Below are positions 10,401 through 17,615 of a stretch of DNA of 60,678 bases, one piece after another. Numbering within the stretch: position 1 is the first letter of the stretch; every line of letters begins with the position of its first letter. Origin of the DNA: Bacteroidota bacterium (GTDB lineage: Bacteria > Bacteroidota > Bacteroidia > J057 > RFSG01); assembly GCA_947459115.1 (NCBI GenBank), contig CANHCC010000001.1, forward strand, positions 1-60,678. Reading direction: 5' to 3'. Under the pieces are notes generated by a model, which worked only from the letters and a program-made list of their open reading frames with translations, was not told the DNA's origin and did not search any database. The translations under genes and the position numbers were made by a program.

Positions 10401-11937
10401 TGCGGATTCCGTATTGGTGAGTGTTGCGCCCATGCCCACAGTGGATGCAGGCAGTGTTAAAAATATCTGTGCAGGGGATTCTGTAAAGTTAGATGGACAA
10501 ATCCAAGGAGGCTTTCAGGCCAGTATTCAATGGAGTCCATCGAGTGGCCTGAATGACCCAACAACCCTAAAACCTAATGCCTCTCCGAGTGTTTCCCAAT
10601 GGTATTATTTACAGGCCTTAAATGCAAGCTGTGCCGGACCGAAGGATTCCGTGTTTGTGGTGGTGCATCCGGTTCCACAAGTGAATGCGGGGAGTGATAC
10701 CAGTGTCTGTATGCCGTATGGAAGCCTTCAATTGCAGGGCAGTGTTACAGGTGTAACGCCCCCTTTGGGGATAGAATGGCGTCCATCTTCGGGATTAACC
10801 GCCACGAATATTATAAACCCGTTTATCAATTCCTCCACTTCAATGATGTATTATCTGAAAGTGACATCCGGAGTGGCACCTACTTTGTGTAGTGCGTATG
10901 ATTCGGTGTTGATAACGATATCGCCGGAAGTGAAGTTTACGCTAATAGCGGATACAACGACCATTTGCGGAGGAGATAGTATCCGCCTTCGTACCGAAAC
11001 CGAAAACATCAACCTAATCTATAATTGGCTGCCCCAACCCTGGGTCTATCCCACCACCAGTAATGGCTCTGAGGCTTACACCAAGCCGGATACGAGTCTA
11101 TACATCAAAGTACTGGCTCAGGAAGGCGCCTGTTCCGCACAAGATTCCATATGGATCAAAGTGCATCCCAAAGTCATAGCCGACTTTACCCAGAGCCAGT
11201 CCAACTTATGCCAGCCCGATACTGTTGTCTTTCTGAACTTATCCGCCAATGCGATTTCCTATCAATGGCATTTTGGAGACAGTTCTGCTATCAACAACAC
11301 GACCAATCCTAAACATTTTTATCAATCCTTTGGAACTTATACGACCATGTTGATTAGCATAGGGGACGGAGGATGTAGGGATACTGCGTATGGAAAAATT
11401 CCGATTCAGATCCAGCCCATCTTATCCGCTGAAGTGATAAGCGATCCAGGTTTTCCGGTAGAATTAATCTTACCGGCAGGCAGTCTCAGTTTAAAAGAAA
11501 TTTCCGGCCAACTCAGTCATTGGCATTGGGACTTTGGCGACGGAACCCAGTACCAGGGCGTCGCTCAGGTGAATCACACCTATCAAAATCCAGGCACTTA
11601 TTATCTGACCTTAAGGGCACAAGACAGCAATGCCTGTCCGGTTCATTGGAAAGCAGGACCTGTGGTGATTCGTCTCCCGGAATTGTTTATCCCTAATGTT
11701 TTCAGCCCCAATGGGGATGGGATAGGCGACTACTTCCGCATCGAGTATGTCGGGAATGAGCACTACCATCTTCAAATTATAGATCGTTGGGGCGTCACGC
11801 AATTTGATACCCATAATCCCCAGCAGCCATGGGACGGCCGGGATTTAAACGGGAGCGCCGTCAGTGAAGGGGTATATTTTTATGTAGTCACAATAGGCCA
11901 AACCCCATTCCAGGGAAATATTACCGTGGTGCGGTAG
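4453..11937 (+). CDS. Giant T9SS cargo / gliding-type surface protein: SBBP beta-propeller-like repeats, Ig-like domains, about 13 SprB repeats, about 6 further Ig-like repeats, PKD domains, type B CTD
   Basis: 2494-aa ORF with a signal peptide (VVIFQLLIFNFCNSQ). SBBP-like motifs are present (NNIYVAGLF, GYLYLSGDF, GHIYVTGYL, FIAKFDSSGIPIW). The SprB repeat motif C-F-G-G-S-N-G...GGT-P-Y-x-Y-x-W-N-T recurs. FGDGT marks the PKD motifs. The tail reads FSPNGDGIGDYF. Confidence 0.9.
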   Translation: MSQKICVVVIFQLLIFNFCNSQVNFHWTKRSVQPSGMPSLTTAVLEDSNGDVIVSGYYKDTIIWDNVLLNSPNSSPGSFTAYISKFDPTGSAIWSISPGHRLRTMSYATKVVSDRNNNIYVAGLFKDTILFNSPNYLVSSVPNRYNVFLAKYNASGVFQWVIHGNNNLLGNEWPDLTIDSLGYLYLSGDFSPPVDNSILNLGNLNVVSNRSTNGFIAKVDTSGMVLWLHATSNTLNSNGVVHFNSITNSNCGHIYVTGYLTGTSNYTVNFSSHLQYSYTSGVGPDVFILKCDSSGNILWSQVFSGSRTDLGLDVTTHNDESLFLIGRYNSPSITIGNFTLSNVNSVFDGFIAKFDSSGIPIWANSFSGNGSSWPSNINCNDSAWLYVHGHFNSDTCYYLNRTFVPPTPTPSVSSSFYLKIDTAGQPLCHSVLDSTEFIISNNTLFVSQVHRDTMFYNALVSKETNTGLSQVSKCSCGPDTLLATLSGTQTICSGYPGQALMQFSGVGPYSITYSDGTSNTTVTGITNRYYFINATPSASVSYTLMAFSGASGPGPFSGMASIQVIQAPTASLSAAQTICQGDSVRLSVNLGGTGPWRFTYASGSGNLAVTALTTPWTRTLTPAASFTWTVNNLNNFVCSGTSPPSSSVTVGIRPGLSLSGGTIVCAEDSLNFSAILTGSQPWSLSYTNGTTSQSFTGLTSTPFVFKTPPAASTSFSLMGGTGCRRDTILNRVIPPILQVSHTATAVSCFGGSNGTGQGSAAGGGGTFNFVWNTLPVQSVATATGLAASSWILSVTDNLGCVKRDTALITQPPQLTASITATPLSCFGQSNATATATGTGGTGAYQFSWNTNPVQSTQTASGLSATTWTVTITDQNACTAQATIPITSPTPLLLNTTATPVSCFGGSDGGVAVSANGGTPGYSYAWNTSPIRTTATVTGLNAGSYTVTVSDNQGCQTQAMVVVMPAQAPILIASSFTNISCFGGSNGTAQAIASGGSGGFSFTWNTNPIQSTQNATGLSAGSWVITVTDQQNCNRRDTLTLLQPPALSTTLTHTALACLGSSQGQATVSVTGGAPAYSYTWNTNPIQTTATATGLSAGTWQVQVRDLNSCTDSAQVILTEPPLLTLSNSGTAISCFGGSNGTATTTASGGTPPYTYSWNTNPVQTTANATGLTAGTWTVTVLDANLCQQISATTITQPTILNLFTSFTAVQCFGGTNGTATAQANGGTAPYTYTWNTTPIQTSTTATGLRAGTYSIQIQDAQNCQSTATLTIPQPAAITLNSLINPVSCPGGNDGSVTVAASGGNGPYAYTWNTLPVQTGTTGTGLSAGTWGISITDASGCRLDTNLIMTQPPAITLTQTITPVSCLGRSDGSISILPSGGNPPYTCTWNTLPVQTSFTATGLSQQFYLATITDIRGCQHQENISVPTQAPIQIQITPQPTSCNNTLDGQAALTVTGGTPNYSYAWSTIPIQTLTTATGLAPGIWQVMVTDSRACVDSASTLIISPTALQVSATANDVSCFGLSDGAASGSFSGGTPPYTYSWNTTPLQTTQVITGIPAGIYGFTVNDANGCSSTATVVVRQPTALSGTLNPTRPLCHGGNDGSLTATISGGIAPYAYLWTGGQTSASIYQLTAGSYSLIVTDANACTLILTTLLTEPSPLQANITGFNLTCMAPPNNGAASVNPTGGTAPYSYLWTGGNFPTQANNSGFSAGTWSVQVLDANNCMTQASVTLTAPQRPIAHAGQDTFFCAGSGGIQLNGTGSGGLVPYSYQWSPNNGSLSNANAPDPIANPDSITIYYLTVTDAAGCSSLIPDQVIISPIDLPIADAGPDEDYCMTGPAVFISGSVANPASGGYSWKWIPATGLFCDTCPTTYANPSTTTIYTLIVTHLSTGCSSDSTTLNTQSSVTITVKPRPIVYAGLDTTICPGDTAYLCATATGVGPLYTYEWSPNIGMNDSTQQCPGVSPNHSIYYFVVATSEGCESPADSVLVSVAPMPTVDAGSVKNICAGDSVKLDGQIQGGFQASIQWSPSSGLNDPTTLKPNASPSVSQWYYLQALNASCAGPKDSVFVVVHPVPQVNAGSDTSVCMPYGSLQLQGSVTGVTPPLGIEWRPSSGLTATNIINPFINSSTSMMYYLKVTSGVAPTLCSAYDSVLITISPEVKFTLIADTTTICGGDSIRLRTETENINLIYNWLPQPWVYPTTSNGSEAYTKPDTSLYIKVLAQEGACSAQDSIWIKVHPKVIADFTQSQSNLCQPDTVVFLNLSANAISYQWHFGDSSAINNTTNPKHFYQSFGTYTTMLISIGDGGCRDTAYGKIPIQIQPILSAEVISDPGFPVELILPAGSLSLKEISGQLSHWHWDFGDGTQYQGVAQVNHTYQNPGTYYLTLRAQDSNACPVHWKAGPVVIRLPELFIPNVFSPNGDGIGDYFRIEYVGNEHYHLQIIDRWGVTQFDTHNPQQPWDGRDLNGSAVSEGVYFYVVTIGQTPFQGNITVVR
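6655..9660 (+). repeat. About 13 tandem SprB-type repeats (about 231 nt / 77 aa each) inside the 2494-aa ORF
   Basis: Counted 13 occurrences of the CxG(G)xxG...GG(T/S)xxYxYxW(N/S/T) unit in the translation. The copies have diverged at DNA level. Confidence 0.8.
11674..11934 (+). other. T9SS type B C-terminal domain (gliding motility-associated C-terminal domain, CHU_C-like)
   Basis: LPELFIPNVFSPNGDGIGDYFRIEY...IIDRWGVTQFD...WDGRDLNG..VSEGVYFYVV...GNITVVR. Confidence 0.85.
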
Positions 11938-11957
11938 ATACGCGATGCATCGCGTAT
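11938..11957 (+). other. Perfect 20-bp palindrome ATACGCGATGCATCGCGTAT immediately after the stop codon of the giant ORF
   Basis: Read directly; it is its own reverse complement. As RNA it would form an 8-bp stem with a UGCA loop. No U-tract follows, so it is not a canonical intrinsic terminator. Confidence 0.9.
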
Positions 11958-12026
11958 CCACCGCCGCCCACCGCCGCGTATCCACCACCGCGCACCCACC
12001 ACCACCACCCCCCACCCACCACCGCC
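11958..12026 (+). repeat. C-rich low-complexity tract (CCA/CCG-type repeats; GCGTATCCACC occurs twice across 11938-12026)
   Basis: Hand count over the 69 nt gives 46 C, 13 A, 8 G and 2 T. It lies between the giant ORF and moaA. Confidence 0.9.
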
Positions 12027-12084
12027 TATCGGTGTTTCGCAAAGCCGGGAAGGATAGTGAGGAAATAATTAATAATTTTAACCC

Positions 12085-13065
12085 ATGATACAGGATTCTT
12101 TCGGTCGAATACATGATTATCTTCGGATTTCTCTTACGGATTTTTGCAATCTGAAATGCATGTATTGTATGCCCGAGGAAGGATTTTGTGGCACCCATAG
12201 CCCTCATCTGATGAGTCGGGATGAGATCGTTTCCATTCTGATTGCTTTTGTGGAAATGGGCGTTCGAAAGGTTCGTTTAACAGGTGGAGAACCATTGGTT
12301 CGAAAGGATTTTGGGGCGATTGTAGAGGGGATTCGTCATCTTCCCGTCAGTTTGCACCTCACCACCAATGGGGTGTTACTGAATAAGTATATAGATCTGT
12401 TATGGGAAAGTGGCATACATGCCCTCAACATTAGCCTCGATACTCTGAGGCCTGAACGATATTTGGCAATTACCAAATGTGATTTATTTCACCCTGTCAT
12501 GGAAAATATTTATCAGGCTTTAAATCGTGGATTTAAGGTAAAGCTCAATGTTGTGGTTATCAAAGGGGTAAATGAGGATGAACTTTGGGATTTTGTAAAG
12601 TTTTCTGATGAACATGGCATTGGCGTTCGGTTTATTGAATTCATGCCTTTTGACGGCAATAAATGGAATAACTCAGGGGTTTTGTCTTCAGCGGATATGC
12701 TGGAAATAATCCGTTCTAAATATTCATATGTAAAATTAAACGATGGGGTTCACGATACCGATCGAAAATATCAGTTATCCGGCTCTAAAGGCCATTTTTC
12801 ATTTATCAGTACGATGAGTGATGCCTTCTGTTCCGGATGTAATCGTATTAGATTGACAGCGGATGGAAAAATTAAAAACTGTTTATTCTCATTAAACGAG
12901 ATTGATATTTTATCTGCGTTTCGAAAGGGAGAGAATATTGAGTCACTTGTACGGGAGAGTATTTATAAAAAGGCAGAAAAATTAGGTGGGCAATTTGAAC
13001 ATTATGCTGACCTTCATAACCCTGCCGAAATATCAAATCGTGAAATGATACGCATTGGCGGCTGA
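12085..13065 (+). CDS. moaA: GTP 3',8-cyclase (radical SAM, Moco biosynthesis)
   Basis: 326 aa. The N-terminal CNLKCMYC radical-SAM cluster motif, a C-terminal CSGCNRIRLTADGK motif and a ...IRIGG end are all typical of MoaA. Confidence 0.93.
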   Translation: MIQDSFGRIHDYLRISLTDFCNLKCMYCMPEEGFCGTHSPHLMSRDEIVSILIAFVEMGVRKVRLTGGEPLVRKDFGAIVEGIRHLPVSLHLTTNGVLLNKYIDLLWESGIHALNISLDTLRPERYLAITKCDLFHPVMENIYQALNRGFKVKLNVVVIKGVNEDELWDFVKFSDEHGIGVRFIEFMPFDGNKWNNSGVLSSADMLEIIRSKYSYVKLNDGVHDTDRKYQLSGSKGHFSFISTMSDAFCSGCNRIRLTADGKIKNCLFSLNEIDILSAFRKGENIESLVRESIYKKAEKLGGQFEHYADLHNPAEISNREMIRIGG

Positions 13066-14317
13066 TAGACTGATGGAAAACAATTTACCTTCCTTTAATT
13101 CAAATAAAGTTTTGGCAGAAAATATTTCTGTTGCAGAGGCGTTGCGTATGACATTAGATGCAGTCGTAATGCCTCATCCCCTATCTATTCCGGTGGCTGA
13201 TGCCACAGGCTGTGTTTTGGCTCAGGATATTTATTCTCCCATCGCTTTTCCTCCTTTCGATCAGGTGGCAATGGATGGCTATGCGTTGAATTGGCAACAG
13301 ACGGATTTCTCCAAGCCTGCCAAAGTTTCCCGCACGCTATCCGCGGGCGAAATATTGTCAGAGGCAATTCCGACCGGTCAGGTGGTAAGAGTTTTCACAG
13401 GTACTGCTTTGCCTGTTGGGGCAGATACAGTTGTGCGTCAGGAATGGGTAAAGATACAAGATGGCTGTGTTGAATTTATTCAGCCTAATATTCTAAAAGG
13501 GAGTGATATTCGGTTTAAAGGAGAGGTGCTGGATGCCAATAGCATCGCACTGAAGAAGGGGGATATCCTCACCCCTGGTGGGGTCGGATTTCTGGCAGGA
13601 TTGGGAATAGCAGAAGTTTCAGTATTCCTTTCCCCGGCTATTTCTATTCTCATCACCGGTGATGAAATGTTATTTCCCGGTGAAGCATATCAACACGGAA
13701 AAGTGTATGAGTCCAATTCCATCGCATTGCGTGCAGCCTTGTTGGATGGGGGTATAGATCCCAACAGTATTGTATTCGTTCCGGATGATCCGAAGAAAAT
13801 TCAAGCGGCTTTGGAACAGGCCTTGTCGATTAGTCAGATTGTTTTAATTGTCGGGGGATGCTCTGTAGGCGGGAAAGATTTTACCGCATCAGTCCTGTCA
13901 TCTGCAGGTGTAAATATTCGGTTTCATCGGGTGAATCAAAGACCCGGAAAACCAATGATGATGGGGGTGTATAAGGACAAAATTATATTTGGATTGCCTG
14001 GCAACCCCTCCACTGCTTTAATGGTTTTTTATCGTTATGTGGTTCCGGTTATTCGGAAAATGTTGGGATTAAAAAATTCGGACTTGCCTCAATCATATAA
14101 ATTACTTGGCGAGTCAATACAGCCGGATCCGGTGTTCACATTGTTTATTCGTGCCAGGTTAAATGAATTAGATGTTTTTCCTTTGCCGAATCAGGAATCC
14201 TACCGTTTAGATGCATTTGCCAAAGCAAATGCTTTAATTGTGGTGCCGCCGGGAGAAAGTTTAATTGAACAAGGATCTAGGATACAAGTAATCGAATTAA
14301 ATGCTGTCTGGAAATAA
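13055..14317 (+). CDS. moeA: Molybdopterin molybdenumtransferase
   Basis: 420 aa with MoeA-like motifs (PFDQVAMDGYA, TGDE, GGCSVGGKDF, GLPGNP). The true start may be ATG 13073 (MENNLP...) rather than 13055. Confidence 0.9.
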   Translation: MAADRLMENNLPSFNSNKVLAENISVAEALRMTLDAVVMPHPLSIPVADATGCVLAQDIYSPIAFPPFDQVAMDGYALNWQQTDFSKPAKVSRTLSAGEILSEAIPTGQVVRVFTGTALPVGADTVVRQEWVKIQDGCVEFIQPNILKGSDIRFKGEVLDANSIALKKGDILTPGGVGFLAGLGIAEVSVFLSPAISILITGDEMLFPGEAYQHGKVYESNSIALRAALLDGGIDPNSIVFVPDDPKKIQAALEQALSISQIVLIVGGCSVGGKDFTASVLSSAGVNIRFHRVNQRPGKPMMMGVYKDKIIFGLPGNPSTALMVFYRYVVPVIRKMLGLKNSDLPQSYKLLGESIQPDPVFTLFIRARLNELDVFPLPNQESYRLDAFAKANALIVVPPGESLIEQGSRIQVIELNAVWK

Positions 14318-14329
14318 AATAACATTGCT

Positions 14330-15082
14330 ATGCAGATAGCTCAAATTAGCGAAATAACAGATTGGATGCTTTCTCTGATTTTGGCCGGCGTAGCATTTTT
14401 GTATGCTGCTGTTGGACATGGTGGCGCAAGTGGTTATTTATTTGTGATGGCATTACTGGATTTTGATCCGGCTATGATGAAGCAATCCGCATTGATTTTA
14501 AATATTATTGTTGCCGGCATTGCGTATTTTAATTTTTCTAAAGCAGCTGTATTCCCCAGAAAAATATTTTTAAGTCTTATCGTATTTTCAATTCCATTCT
14601 CATTTCTGGGCGGGATGTTGGAAATTTCAAATACGATATTTAGAATTCTTTTGGGATTGGTTTTGATTTTTACTGCAATTAGAATGATTTTGCCTGCCTG
14701 GTTTCAAAATACAGCCGAGCGAATTCCTCAATTCTGGCAATTGATGTTAGCCGGCTCAGGTATCGGATTTGTTTCCGGGTTGATCGGTATCGGTGGCGGT
14801 GTCTTATTATCTCCTTTAGTTTTATTAGCCGGCTGGTCAGATTTAAAGCAATCCGCACAAATGAGTGCATTATTTATTGTCGTGAATTCAATTTCCGGTC
14901 TCGTTGGTGGCATGCGACATGGCTGGCATATACCTTCGGATTGGTATGGATTTATAATTCCGGCAATTATCGGAGGCATAATTGGTTCCTGGTTATCCGT
15001 TCATAAATTCTCTTCTGTACAAATGAGTCGAATATTGGGTTTGGTTATTGCCCTTGCATCTTTAAAACTAATTCTTACCTGA
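14330..15082 (+). CDS. TSUP (TauE/SafE, DUF81) family anion-export-type membrane protein
   Basis: 250 aa, about 7-8 hydrophobic segments, and a GIGGGVLLSPLVLL motif typical of the family. Confidence 0.75.
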   Translation: MQIAQISEITDWMLSLILAGVAFLYAAVGHGGASGYLFVMALLDFDPAMMKQSALILNIIVAGIAYFNFSKAAVFPRKIFLSLIVFSIPFSFLGGMLEISNTIFRILLGLVLIFTAIRMILPAWFQNTAERIPQFWQLMLAGSGIGFVSGLIGIGGGVLLSPLVLLAGWSDLKQSAQMSALFIVVNSISGLVGGMRHGWHIPSDWYGFIIPAIIGGIIGSWLSVHKFSSVQMSRILGLVIALASLKLILT

Positions 15083-15088
15083 AAAATA

Positions 15089-15631
15089 ATGAATAGCACT
15101 GCATCTCTTCCTATAGGCATACTTACGGTTTCGGATCGCGCCAGTGGGGGTGTTTATGAAGATTTATCCGGCCCTGCCATTCAGACCTATTTGGAGGATA
15201 GGCTTTCTACGCCCTGGCATCCTGTCTATCGGGTGGTAGCAGATGAAATAGAACTTGTTTCTGCGGCAATCATTTCCATGATTGATGATCTTGGATGTGT
15301 ATTGGTTCTGACCACTGGTGGAACCGGACCGGCCTTAAGAGATATTACCCCTGAAGCAACAGAGATGGTTTGTCGTGTGATGTTGCCGGGTTTTGGCGAA
15401 TTGATGCGGCAGGAAAGTTTAAAGTATGTGCCTACCGCTATTCTGTCCAGGCAGACCGCCGGAATTCGAGGGACTTCATTAATTGTAAATTTACCTGGCA
15501 GACCGGCTTCAATCTCACAATGTTTGGACGCGCTAATGCCTGCCATCCCTTATTGTCTTGAAATTACCGGCGGTATTCTTTTAGATTGTTATCCGGATAA
15601 GGTAAAAGTATTTCGGCCCAATAAAAAATAA
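15089..15631 (+). CDS. mog: Molybdopterin adenylyltransferase (MogA type)
   Basis: 180 aa, close in pattern to E. coli MogA as I recall it (SDRASGGVYED, LVLTTGGTGPA.RD.TPEAT, MPGFGE.MR..SL..VPTAILSRQ, NLPG.P). Confidence 0.88.
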   Translation: MNSTASLPIGILTVSDRASGGVYEDLSGPAIQTYLEDRLSTPWHPVYRVVADEIELVSAAIISMIDDLGCVLVLTTGGTGPALRDITPEATEMVCRVMLPGFGELMRQESLKYVPTAILSRQTAGIRGTSLIVNLPGRPASISQCLDALMPAIPYCLEITGGILLDCYPDKVKVFRPNKK

Positions 15632-15733
15632 TCGGAATTATGAAGAATAGAGAATTGGTCGAAGTGGAGTTTATTGTTTTAAATTCCATTTTTATTTTGA
15701 GTACTCATTAAAGATTTAATCTGGCAGCATAAA

Positions 15734-15967
15734 ATGGAAGTAAAGGTTCTATCTTTTGGAAATATTGCAGAATATGTTTCACCGCATACATTAGAGGTTT
15801 TTGAGGGGACAACCCTTAAAGAGTTAAGGCAGATATTTTTTAATAAATATCCGGCTTTAATTCATATTCCCTTTTCTATTGCAGTGGATAAAGTCATTCG
15901 GGATGAGGCGTATATAATTGTGGATTTTTCCGAAGTTGCCTTGCTGCCCCCATTTTCAGGAGGATAA
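15734..15967 (+). CDS. moaD: Molybdopterin synthase sulfur-carrier subunit
   Basis: 77 aa, ubiquitin-like size, ends in Gly-Gly (PPFSGG), and sits directly upstream of moeB. Confidence 0.85.
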   Translation: MEVKVLSFGNIAEYVSPHTLEVFEGTTLKELRQIFFNKYPALIHIPFSIAVDKVIRDEAYIIVDFSEVALLPPFSGG

Positions 15968-15970
15968 ACG

Positions 15971-17128
15971 ATGGAGCGATTTAAGCGACAATTACAATTG
16001 CCGGGATTTACTTCCGAATCACAATTAAAATTAAAACAGGCGCGTGTATTGGTGGTGGGTGCCGGGGGATTAGGTTGTCCGGCATTGATACATTTGGCAT
16101 CGGCTGGTGTTGGATTTATTACCATAGCAGATTTTGATACAATTGACGAATCTAATTTGTCTCGTCAATGGTTATTTGGGCCTGAGGATATGGGTAAATC
16201 TAAAGCCCTGGTAGCTGAGCGGGTATTAACCCAAAAATTTCCGGATATTCAGATAGAGGTAGAGGATAGAGGCGTACTTCAAGCGAATATACTCGAATTG
16301 GTAAGGCGACATGATGTGGTTGTCGATTGTACGGATTCTATTTCGATGCGGTATATGTTGAATGATGCCTGCGAGTTATTGGACAAGCCCTGGGTATATG
16401 CCGGCGTGTTTCAATATGAAGGGCAATTGTCCGTATTTAATTATTCCGCCTCAAAAGGTCAAAGCGGAAATTATCGGGATGTTTTTCCCTTTCAGGAAGG
16501 GAATGCTCCGGTGGTGGATTGTAATGCTGCAGGGGTTTTGTGTACGCTTACCGGTATATTAGGTACCTGGCAGGCCAATGAGGTGATTAAAATAATCACA
16601 GGCATTGGCCAGGTTTCATCAAATCGATTGATGATCTATAATATTTTTAATGCGGAGAGTAGCCATCTGCTGTTTGAACGCGGCCTGCGTCCGGATTTGA
16701 ATATGCCGGCAACGGATGAAGATTTTCGTTTATATAATTATCAAGTTAATTGTATGAATGACCTCAATAAAGAAATTACTTGCCGGGCTGCAATGGATAA
16801 AATGTTGGCGGGTGAAAAATTAATGTGGGTAGATGTGCGCGAATCTCATGAAATTCCCAAATTTGAGGGCATACAGGTCCACAGTTTTCCTTTGTCTGTC
16901 ATTGAATCCTATGCTCCATTGCTTCCGCTTCATGTCAAGATTGTTTGTTTTTGTCAGTCCGGTGTTCGAAGTTTGAAAGCCATTGAACGATTAAACATGG
17001 TTCGTCCGGAATTAGATTTATATAGTTTACAGGGAGGGGTTTTAGCCTGGGAGGCATTTCGTCAAAATCAGGTAGACCTTTCAGAGATTATGGGACGAAT
17101 ACAGCCCGATTCAGCTAATTCACATTAG
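15971..17128 (+). CDS. moeB: Molybdopterin-synthase adenylyltransferase fused to a C-terminal rhodanese domain (MoeZ/MOCS3-like)
   Basis: 385 aa. It has the ThiF/MoeB fold motif VLVVGAGGLGCP, and a C-terminal ~110 aa with the rhodanese active-site loop CQSGVRS. Confidence 0.88.
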   Translation: MERFKRQLQLPGFTSESQLKLKQARVLVVGAGGLGCPALIHLASAGVGFITIADFDTIDESNLSRQWLFGPEDMGKSKALVAERVLTQKFPDIQIEVEDRGVLQANILELVRRHDVVVDCTDSISMRYMLNDACELLDKPWVYAGVFQYEGQLSVFNYSASKGQSGNYRDVFPFQEGNAPVVDCNAAGVLCTLTGILGTWQANEVIKIITGIGQVSSNRLMIYNIFNAESSHLLFERGLRPDLNMPATDEDFRLYNYQVNCMNDLNKEITCRAAMDKMLAGEKLMWVDVRESHEIPKFEGIQVHSFPLSVIESYAPLLPLHVKIVCFCQSGVRSLKAIERLNMVRPELDLYSLQGGVLAWEAFRQNQVDLSEIMGRIQPDSANSH

Positions 17129-17161
17129 AAAAACTATTGAGTAGCATATTAAAAAAACAGG

Positions 17162-17611
17162 ATGAGGTTTTGCGAAGATAAGATTGTATTTGAATTCAGG
17201 CAGGGTCCACTTAATCAGGCCGAGTGTCTGGCCCAGACCTATATAAATATACAGCAAGGAGATGCCGGTGCTCAGTCAGTCTTTTCCGGCTTCATTCGAT
17301 CAGATGAAAAAGCAGGCGAATTTGTTCGGGAGATTGAATATACTGCCTATCCGGAGATGGTTCAAGTTCAAATCCAAGCGGTACTAAGTAAAATTGTTTA
17401 TCAAAATCACCTTAAGGAAGCCTGGGTTTTTCACAGTCTCGGCAGAGTAGGCGTTGGCGAATGTTGTCTTATTGTTGTGGTTTATGCGGCGCATAGACGA
17501 GAAGCCATTCAAGGTTGTACAGCCTTGACAGAAGCCATCAAAAGTGAATTGCCTATATGGGGCAAGGAAATATTAAGTAATCAATCTGAATCCTGGAAAA
17601 CGAATTATTAG
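17162..17611 (+). CDS. moaE: Molybdopterin synthase catalytic subunit
   Basis: 149 aa. Assigned from size, operon context, and the AHRREAI...ELPIWGKE motif typical of MoaE. Confidence 0.85.
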   Translation: MRFCEDKIVFEFRQGPLNQAECLAQTYINIQQGDAGAQSVFSGFIRSDEKAGEFVREIEYTAYPEMVQVQIQAVLSKIVYQNHLKEAWVFHSLGRVGVGECCLIVVVYAAHRREAIQGCTALTEAIKSELPIWGKEILSNQSESWKTNY

Positions 17612-17615
17612 CATC

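Noticed and set aside
11938-12084. Moco riboswitch upstream of moaA.
   Set aside because: The position is right, but I cannot recognise the conserved Moco motif core, and the region is dominated by low-complexity C-rich sequence. I leave it as a check (Rfam scan), not a call.
11845-12207. 120-aa minus-strand ORF spanning the palindrome, the C-rich tract and the moaA start.
   Set aside because: Its translation is low-complexity (RRWWVGGGGGGC...). It overlaps the ends of two well-supported genes and is an artefact of the G-rich complement of the C tract.
15632-15733. Small ORF (MKNRELVEVEFIVLNSIFILSTH) in the mog-moaD spacer.
   Set aside because: It is 23 aa with no supporting signal. The spacer more likely just carries translation-initiation context for moaD.
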